A stretch of DNA of 64,000 nucleotides from NCBI GenBank assembly GCA_050246315.1, contig JBFWWG010000002.1, forward strand, positions 428,811 through 492,810, in the 5' to 3' direction. Origin of the DNA: Nitrospiraceae bacterium. Lineage in GTDB: Bacteria > Nitrospirota > Nitrospiria > Nitrospirales > Nitrospiraceae. The translations under genes were made by a program, and so were the position numbers. This document shows, one piece after another, positions 57,593 to 64,000 of this stretch (within the stretch, counting starts at the first letter, position 1; each line of letters begins with the position of its first letter). The notes beneath the pieces are model-generated. The model did no database searches. It worked only from the letters and a program-made list of their open reading frames with translations, and was not told the DNA's origin.

Positions 57593-58363
57593 TCACTCTC
57601 CCCCGCTGACGGAACTGAACCCGGTCTCCACGGCCGTAACCGATGAGGCCATCGAGAACCTATTCGCAGGGTCGCCGACGTATAACCCTCCATGGTACCG
57701 CGCGGCTCCGCCCGGCATTGGACCGGTTGCGGTCCTCCCGGCGGTCGCATGGCCGGCAGCATGCGCCATCCCTGTCCCACTCCGGTGATGCGTACTTTGG
57801 CCAATCGGCTCATGTGGATGAGGCACGCATGGCATCACAACCTTTGAAGACATGGTCGAGACCTTGCTCGGAATTGCCGGATTTCCGGCCGTGGCTACCT
57901 CCGGAAAGCTGCGGTGCAGAGACCGGGACTGCTCGCGACGGGCGCGGTCTCTTGGCGTCAGAACGGTGTGCCCGTCGATGTTGATGCGAAACAGCTCGAT
58001 ACCGAGCAGTTTGCCTCGCAGCGTATAGCTTGAAGGAAGACAAAACTCCTGATGCAATCCTACGGACACCGGAGGTAACCGGCGCACATTCAGGTCGACC
58101 CCGGGCAGTTGGCGCAGGGAGAGATTGACTGTCGGTAAATTCGTGACGTTGAACTTCTCCACCCGGATCGGGTCCAGATTTCGAACCTCATTGACGCGCA
58201 GCGATTCCACTGAGATTGGGTCGATGTGATTAAGCTCCTTGATGTGAACGGCCGCCGGAGCAATATGACGGACCTCGCTGATGACCAAGGGATCGATGTT
58301 GCTCAGCTCGCTGATCCTCAGCTTCTCGATGTTTTTCGCTTCTTTGATTTTTATGTCGCCCAT
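57593..58363 (-). CDS. Protein with ~11-aa tandem repeats
   Basis: ISELSNIDPL / ISEVRHIAPA / IKELNHIDPI / VNEVRNLDPI. Confidence 0.75.
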   Translation of the reverse strand: MGDIKIKEAKNIEKLRISELSNIDPLVISEVRHIAPAAVHIKELNHIDPISVESLRVNEVRNLDPIRVEKFNVTNLPTVNLSLRQLPGVDLNVRRLPPVSVGLHQEFCLPSSYTLRGKLLGIELFRINIDGHTVLTPRDRARREQSRSLHRSFPEVATAGNPAIPSKVSTMSSKVVMPCVPHPHEPIGQSTHHRSGTGMAHAAGHATAGRTATGPMPGGAARYHGGLYVGDPANRFSMASSVTAVETGFSSVSGGE

Positions 58364-58389
58364 GGCTTCATCCTTCCGTCAGCCGCTCC

Positions 58390-59103
58390 TCAGACCAGAC
58401 CGGGCCAATCATAGTTCATCTGAATCACCTTGGCCTCATCCTGAACTGTCGGATGGCTTTGCAATCGCACCGTGACCGTCCTGATAGTGAGGCTCCCGCT
58501 CCCAGTGACTTGGTAGAGAAACCACGGATCCGCCCCCGCACCGGGCTGCACCGCATGATCCACCAGCCATTCAACCGTCTGTGAGGAGCTGTCACGGATG
58601 AAGGCCCTGAACATCTGCATCGTGTTACTGGCATCGATATATGAATTGTCGTGCCCTTGCGGATAGTACAGGTCGATCCGTTTCGGAAAAATCTCGACGG
58701 ATGGCTGAGATACCGGCTCGGGACCACGACCGATAAGGGTGACGAATGCAAAGGCTTTTCGAAGGGGGTTTTCAACCGGGGTGGCCACAACCACGTCTGT
58801 CAACCCGTGAGGAAGGCTGCCTTTGGGAGGAGCCACGTAGAGCCCGGCCGGATCGATGGAGCCTGCACCGGAATTGCCGGCAAGGTCTTGGACGGTCCAA
58901 GTGACCTTGGACGTCGATCCGTTGTACACAACCGCGTCGAACCGCACTTGTGTATTGACCGGATCAACGAATCGTTCATCCTGGAAATAGAGTTCGGCAT
59001 TCTCCGGCCAGACCTCCACCTCTATTTGATGCTCGCAGAGCATCTCGTGCCACACGTGAACAGCAGAAGGAATGACGTGTCTGGACAGGGAATACGGGGT
59101 CAT
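58390..59103 (-). CDS. Protein with tandem Ig-like domains
   Basis: V.V.P....L, VTWTV, GSIDPAGLYVAP pattern; second similar unit; no signal peptide. Confidence 0.7.
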   Translation of the reverse strand: MTPYSLSRHVIPSAVHVWHEMLCEHQIEVEVWPENAELYFQDERFVDPVNTQVRFDAVVYNGSTSKVTWTVQDLAGNSGAGSIDPAGLYVAPPKGSLPHGLTDVVVATPVENPLRKAFAFVTLIGRGPEPVSQPSVEIFPKRIDLYYPQGHDNSYIDASNTMQMFRAFIRDSSSQTVEWLVDHAVQPGAGADPWFLYQVTGSGSLTIRTVTVRLQSHPTVQDEAKVIQMNYDWPGLV

Positions 59104-59130
59104 CGGCCTACCCGATCGAGGGTGGAGTTA

Positions 59131-59559
59131 TTACATCGCCTCCACACCTTCTTCGAAATCGCCGTCAGGCAACTCAATGGCACAATTCGCTATCTTGCCA
59201 AACAATTTGCCCTTGACGTTCAGCTTGGATTTACATCCCACTTTCCCTTTCACTTCAGCCTGCACACCCTTGGTGCCCAAGATCCCCTCAAGCCGCACGC
59301 TGGCGCCTTCAATCGTCACCGAAAACGGGGCCACTTTCACGCCAAAACTACCGAGCGACGCGATCATCTGCATACCACCGCGTCGTTTGAGAAAGGGGAT
59401 CGCCAGGTTAATCGGAATCTCGTCGACCTTGACGGCGATGCAACTGACCGTCGCGCTAAGCGCCCCCGTCGCTGTGGATTCAAAAGCGATCGGCGCGGTC
59501 ATCGCCTGCAGACTGAACTCGGGCTCGCTTTCCATCAGGATCTGAGAATTGAGCTTCAC
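59131..59559 (-). CDS. Beta-rich hypothetical protein
   Basis: GTGA overlap with the upstream gene, GGAGGAG RBS. Confidence 0.7.
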   Translation of the reverse strand: MKLNSQILMESEPEFSLQAMTAPIAFESTATGALSATVSCIAVKVDEIPINLAIPFLKRRGGMQMIASLGSFGVKVAPFSVTIEGASVRLEGILGTKGVQAEVKGKVGCKSKLNVKGKLFGKIANCAIELPDGDFEEGVEAM

Positions 59560-59765
59560 TGTTGCTCCTCCTGCTGATTGGCCGCCGCTGCGTGGATGCC
59601 ATCCGGATAAATACGTCCCACAAGATCACTGCACATCGCATCGACACGCTGGTTGAGCTTTTCAAACCCCTTCAACGCCTGTGCGATCTCCTCGCAGTTG
59701 GCCCCTTCAATTTCGAACGAGACAAAAGGGCCAAGCTTAATCCTCAGTATCATGTTGGCGGGCAT
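59556..59765 (-). CDS. 69-aa hypothetical protein
   Basis: RBS present; coupled to the downstream gene. Confidence 0.65.
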   Translation of the reverse strand: MPANMILRIKLGPFVSFEIEGANCEEIAQALKGFEKLNQRVDAMCSDLVGRIYPDGIHAAAANQQEEQQ

Positions 59766-59819
59766 TCTACCACCCTTCTCGAAGAAAACATATGTCAGAC
59801 CCCGGCATCGTCGCCCTCG

Positions 59820-60491
59820 TCACCGCCTTGATTTCGACTTTCGAGCGGATCCGGATCGTGATACCTGTTCTGCACTATTAGGTTTCATTTCACGCCGCAT
59901 ACCGTTCATAGGCTTTCCGTTCCCATTCATGCGCGAACTCTCATGAAGATTCTTGTCGCACTCTTGCAGGACATCTACCATCTCGCCAAGCGCACTGAGC
60001 AGGACCTCCAGCGCTTCTCGCTGCTGCTTATCCAACGTGGCGTACAGCTCTTCGAGTTTCTTCTCCAGATCACGGCCTTCTTGCGAATTTCGGAATTCTC
60101 TTCCTCGCTCGCGAAGAATGTTTCCGAATTGGTCCAGAATGGAAATCACACCATAGAGGAGATCCACCGACAGCTTCCTTTCCAAGTTTTCATCAGCGAA
60201 GGGCTCCGGTTGACAAATGGGGCAGGCAAGCGGGCGTTCGTCGGGCGTCAGCGACCACCGGGCAAACAAGGCCGACCGGGAAGACTCCGGAATTGCTGGG
60301 CAATGACTCCGATGCAGCCGTCCGCAGACAGGGTCGAACTGCATGGGTGCTTGTGCGGCTTCATCGCGATAATCAATCCGAAAGAGCGGATACCTTCCGC
60401 TTAGCTTTCCGTCCGCATGCCAGTCCTGGAGCGAAATCGCGAATGCATCAGCCCATAACATTCCGGTAGCCGCCTTCTGATCGTTATTCAT
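59820..60491 (-). CDS. Hypothetical protein with putative metal-binding H..C/CxxC and helical C-half
   Basis: CGRLHRSHC, CPICQP; overlaps the upstream stop. Confidence 0.65.
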   Translation of the reverse strand: MNNDQKAATGMLWADAFAISLQDWHADGKLSGRYPLFRIDYRDEAAQAPMQFDPVCGRLHRSHCPAIPESSRSALFARWSLTPDERPLACPICQPEPFADENLERKLSVDLLYGVISILDQFGNILRERGREFRNSQEGRDLEKKLEELYATLDKQQREALEVLLSALGEMVDVLQECDKNLHESSRMNGNGKPMNGMRREMKPNSAEQVSRSGSARKSKSRR

Positions 60492-61401
60492 AGACGGCCC
60501 AAGGTAACTCCTGTTGAGGTTTCTGAAGCCGATGCTTTCTGAGCCTCGTGAGATAGTACTTCGTCATGAATCCGATCATGACGTCCCGCCCATTTCCCTC
60601 CGGCAGGCCATCGCTCAGGCGTTTCATGTAGACATAAAACAGACGGCGTAATGTTCGTTCAGGATCAGCGACTTGATTGATGTAAGTGAGCCGATTGTAA
60701 AACAGGTCCGAATAGTAATCGCCGTGATCGTCGATGTACATGATGAGGGAGCCGGCCAGAAAGATCAGACTTGCGTACCGCAGCGGGAGTTCGGGAACCA
60801 AGAAACCAGTCAACACCAAGATCGCATGGCCACTCCGGTTCCTCGCATTCTCCCGCAGCACATGAAGTTGTTGATGTCGGGGCAGATCATCAAATGAGGA
60901 CCGGTCAAGACGAACCTGAACATCCCGCTTCTGCGCGTTGAGCAAGAGAAGAATGGCTTGCCGGAGGAACCGATCGAGGACATCCCGTTCCGCAAACAAT
61001 CGCGAGATGATCACATAAAACAGCTTTTCGCGTGGGGTTCGAATCTCAAACCATCCCGTCGTCAACAGGAGTTCGAACCGTTCCAGGTAGTCCCTCGCCG
61101 CGTCATTCCCAAAATCGTCGAGAAAACTATCGGCTAAAAAACAGCAGCCGCCAAACAAGCTGCCGATCCTCTGCCGTCGCGCGTCGTAGGGATACCCACA
61201 AATTTCCGAACAGGCGTGCCCGACAACGGTCATTTTCGCGCTTAGTTCCATCATTTTTCGGCATTCGTCGCGACGATCTCGGTAGAGCTCGGGATAGTAC
61301 GCGCGGACGAGCGGCTCCAGACACGCACCGGCCGCCTTACGATAGTCTTCGAACAGGCGGTCGATCTGAAAACTTGCTTCTGAGCGCTGAGGCTGTCGCA
61401 T
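60484..61401 (-). CDS. Class I isoprenoid-synthase-fold-like protein
   Basis: All-helical, with two Asp-rich motifs ADSFLDD and IDDHGDYYSD; ATG 61401 after GGAG. Confidence 0.55.
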   Translation of the reverse strand: MRQPQRSEASFQIDRLFEDYRKAAGACLEPLVRAYYPELYRDRRDECRKMMELSAKMTVVGHACSEICGYPYDARRQRIGSLFGGCCFLADSFLDDFGNDAARDYLERFELLLTTGWFEIRTPREKLFYVIISRLFAERDVLDRFLRQAILLLLNAQKRDVQVRLDRSSFDDLPRHQQLHVLRENARNRSGHAILVLTGFLVPELPLRYASLIFLAGSLIMYIDDHGDYYSDLFYNRLTYINQVADPERTLRRLFYVYMKRLSDGLPEGNGRDVMIGFMTKYYLTRLRKHRLQKPQQELPWAVYE

Positions 61402-61733
61402 CGACGCTCCGCCAGGAGGAGCGTTCGCATTATAGGTCTTTTGCACCGAAAACAAAATCCGCGGCGGAAGTCCTCCGGCATTCTATGAAACCTCGACGCC
61501 GACTCACATTGGCGCTGTCGCAAAGAAATTGCACTGGAGGCAGATTACGTTGGCCTCTATTTCCTTGCCCCGCCGAGTGGTCCGCGAATGAGGCGATGCG
61601 ACGGCTCTTACGATAAAGAGTCTTATTCCCCTTCGCCCAATAACCATGATCTGCCAGAAATTCGATCGGTTCCTGCAAGACAATCACGGACGCCCTGTTG
61701 GGTCGGCGATGATCCCCTCAGGGAAATCATGTC

Positions 61734-61955
61734 GGTCTAGGCGCACGGACGCACGCCGTCGGTGACCGACGTCCTGTGCAATGGTGTCGGAGCCTGGATC
61801 GGCGCGTTGGCGGTTCGCTGGGAATCGCTTACTTCCATCCCACCACGTCATACCCCCGTTCGCGGAGACAGCGATTCACGTACTGCTTGTAAACCTGACT
61901 GGGCTGGCGACGGCTGAACAGCGACCGAAGCAAGCCGTGCGTGGCCCCGCCGGCC
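61734..61955 (+). repeat. 222-bp imperfect direct repeat, copy 2 (contains VanZ 3' remnant)
   Basis: Translates HGRTPSVTDVLCNGVGAWIGALAVRW, matching the VanZ C-terminus; no VanZ 5' half upstream. Confidence 0.93.
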
Positions 61956-62308
61956 GCGCCCGCCGCCGCGCCGGTCATGGCTCCTCGTCCCGGATTGCCG
62001 CGGATCGCGCCGGCCACTGCTCCGCCCGCCGCTCCGGACGCCGATCCCATGGCTGCTCCTGTGGCAGTTCTGGTGGCGGTCTCCCCGGTCTTGCCCGAAT
62101 CCGGCTCGGCACCGGCCGCCTCGGCAGCCTCCCCGCAGAACTCGATATCCTGTTCGGCAACGGTCTCACCAACATCCTGGAAATGCGCATTCGGATAGAG
62201 GATCGGCTTCGAACGAGAACAGCCGGCCAACAGGATGACCGCCACAGCCAACAGCGATGTCGCCGCGCCCGCGCGCCCGCGCCGGTCGATCAGCAGTCGG
62301 ATCATCAT
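61829..62308 (-). CDS. Glycine-zipper lipoprotein
   Basis: Lipobox LAGC; GAAMG..GAAGGAVAG; YVNRCLRERGY. Confidence 0.85.
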   Translation of the reverse strand: MMIRLLIDRRGRAGAATSLLAVAVILLAGCSRSKPILYPNAHFQDVGETVAEQDIEFCGEAAEAAGAEPDSGKTGETATRTATGAAMGSASGAAGGAVAGAIRGNPGRGAMTGAAAGAAGGATHGLLRSLFSRRQPSQVYKQYVNRCLRERGYDVVGWK

Positions 62309-63159
62309 GAGGGGATCTGGAGTTCCCGGCGGCGAAGCGCCTTCATCATCTGCGGGTCGCTCAGCCCTACTTCGCTGAGCGCGTCCATGATGTGCAGGTT
62401 TCTGGTCTTGGCTAATTCCTTGGCCTTTGCATATTGCATGTGGTTGAACCGTGCCACCGCCGGCTGATTGTTGACGATCTGGCAGGCCAACACCTCGCCG
62501 TCCACTTCAAGCACACCTCCCTGTTCGATCAAGGTACGGGCCTGTGCCACGCTAATGCCGTGGAGCTGCGCAAACTCCGCAAGCCCCCCGGTTTCGACAA
62601 GCTGACCGTCGGGCATAATGCAGAGGCGCTTGAAGTGCGGCGACCAATCCTTCCGAAAATCGATGTATTTGATGTCTCCCCCGCGGGAGACCGACCGATC
62701 CAGCTTGCGATAGTCCAGCCCCAGGTTCTTCTGATCCAGTTTGGTCAGAAGCTCGGGAGGTAATGTCCGGTAGAAGACCCGGGCCGCCGCCTCCGACAAC
62801 GAGATTGCCGCGGACCGGGCCAGTTGCTCCGCCTCACACATCTGCATGAGGTCTAACAGCCAGGTCTGCTTCGGCTTCTCTCCCGTCGGATCGATCCGGC
62901 AGACAAACACCCCCCTCGTGATCAAGGAGCCATCCTGCGGATAATGATAGAGTCCTCCCTCTCGAAGGACCTTCGTCATCTCGTCCAGCGGCACCTCGTA
63001 ACTTTCCGCCAGCACCTTGGCATGTCCTGTAAGATCCTCCTCTTCCGTCATGGCACAGACGGTGACATTGCCCGGCGCATCGAATTCCGTATAGTCTTCG
63101 ATGATGTTGTAAAGAGCCGGGGCCTTGGTTTGAACGGCTTTCTTCTTGATCTTGAACAT
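62305..63159 (-). CDS. Hypothetical protein
   Basis: GGAGG RBS, 284 aa, ATGA overlap with the downstream gene. Confidence 0.75.
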   Translation of the reverse strand: MFKIKKKAVQTKAPALYNIIEDYTEFDAPGNVTVCAMTEEEDLTGHAKVLAESYEVPLDEMTKVLREGGLYHYPQDGSLITRGVFVCRIDPTGEKPKQTWLLDLMQMCEAEQLARSAAISLSEAAARVFYRTLPPELLTKLDQKNLGLDYRKLDRSVSRGGDIKYIDFRKDWSPHFKRLCIMPDGQLVETGGLAEFAQLHGISVAQARTLIEQGGVLEVDGEVLACQIVNNQPAVARFNHMQYAKAKELAKTRNLHIMDALSEVGLSDPQMMKALRRRELQIPS

Positions 63160-63247
63160 GTTCCTCCGAACACAGACTGAGGTTCAGGTTGAGGCCAAGG
63201 AAGACAGGTGCAGCGCCACATACCCGTATCTGTTCTCACCCTCAGCC

Positions 63248-64000
63248 TTAACCTTTGGGTTGTCTCTCGCCATACGGCGGCAGGGTCGTCAACCGCTGAT
63301 CTTCCACCGCGCCGCCGACGGTGAAGTGGTACAAGGATTGAAACGTCCGGTCCTTCAGCCCGAACACCTCGTGGACCGGATCGTCGAAGAAACACCCGAT
63401 CCCGGTCGCCCGGACGCCGGCGGCTTCCGCTTCGAGATAGAGCACCTGACCGATCACACCACATTCCCAAAATAACCGCGGGTAGACCCAGGGGCCGATC
63501 GTCTGCAATGGATCCGCGAACTCAGCCAACATGCCCAACGAAAAGGCGCTGGCGCCGGCGATCTCTTGATGGCAACTGACCTGCGCCGCAAGCCGGCGAC
63601 CATCTCCTTCGGCCAAGCAGAACAGCGGAAGGGACGGTGGACAACCGGAGGGTTGGGCCCACAGGAAATCCCGGTTCATCTGTTGTCGAAGGACCGAGAG
63701 TTTAGCCTCATCGCGAACCAGGCAATAGAGTCCCGGCGCGAGCCCATCCACTAAATGAACGAACAGACCCAGGTGCACCCTCGGTTCCCAGGTCAACACA
63801 TCCCATGGAATCGCAGGGAGACCTGAGGCGGCCTCGGTCGTCACCGGCATCACCCGCTCCAGCATGTGAAAGAAGGTCTGATCGGTGATCGAGGTCTTCC
63901 CGTCGAAGGCCACGGCGCTGCGACGCTGATGGATCAGTTGATGGGCGGTCGCTGATCGGTTAGAAACAGGTGGTGGGAAGGAAGCTGTCGGACCGCCCTC
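63248..64000 (-). CDS. SagB/ThcOx-like nitroreductase-family protein, 5' part outside the window
   Basis: Frame open to the window edge; QRRSA, GLAPGLY, SCHQEIA, GQVLYLEAEAAG..ATGIGCFFDD. Confidence 0.88.
   Translation of the reverse strand, partial: EGGPTASFPPPVSNRSATAHQLIHQRRSAVAFDGKTSITDQTFFHMLERVMPVTTEAASGLPAIPWDVLTWEPRVHLGLFVHLVDGLAPGLYCLVRDEAKLSVLRQQMNRDFLWAQPSGCPPSLPLFCLAEGDGRRLAAQVSCHQEIAGASAFSLGMLAEFADPLQTIGPWVYPRLFWECGVIGQVLYLEAEAAGVRATGIGCFFDDPVHEVFGLKDRTFQSLYHFTVGGAVEDQRLTTLPPYGERQPKG

Noticed and set aside
53137..61401. Gas vesicle, R-body, BMC or encapsulin cluster
   Set aside because: No GvpA, Reb, BMC-shell or HK97-fold signatures recognisable by eye; remote homology not excluded
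63248..64000. SagB-like gene as maturase for the Cys-rich peptides
   Set aside because: Lies outside the repeat-bounded island among host genes, and no YcaO cyclodehydratase is in the window

Overview
GC-rich bacterial chromosome window with three parts. (1) 1-~49,014 is the right-hand ~49 kb of a large integrative conjugative element (ICE). It holds a HEPN/winged-helix gene pair, an F-type T4SS operon (traA-L-E-K-B-dsbC-traV-C-peptidase-trbC/traW-U-F-H-G; no traN or relaxase visible here), RecD2, a Cas4-like nuclease and partner, vapBC, an XRE/sigma-like regulatory switch and an isolated traD. A long + strand backbone follows (class II RNR, AAA module, primase, SF2 helicase, methyltransferase, beta-clamp, excisionase, tyrosine integrase), ending in the displaced 3' half of tRNA-Arg(ACG). 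(2) 49.0-51.4 kb and 61.8-64 kb are host genes: beta-barrel, lipoproteins, VanZ, glycine-zipper lipoprotein, nitroreductase. (3) 51.4-61.7 kb is a ~10.3 kb island bracketed by a 222-bp imperfect direct repeat. It carries a one-strand operon of Cys-rich and beta-rich small proteins, a geranylgeranyl-reductase-family enzyme, an isoprenoid-synthase-like protein and a GH13 hydrolase. Five of these proteins share an amphipathic helix motif; this is the best candidate for an undescribed system (protein coat or compartment). A second highlight is an AAA+ ATPase whose Walker B segment precedes Walker A. All family assignments come from motif recognition by eye; no database searches were run.
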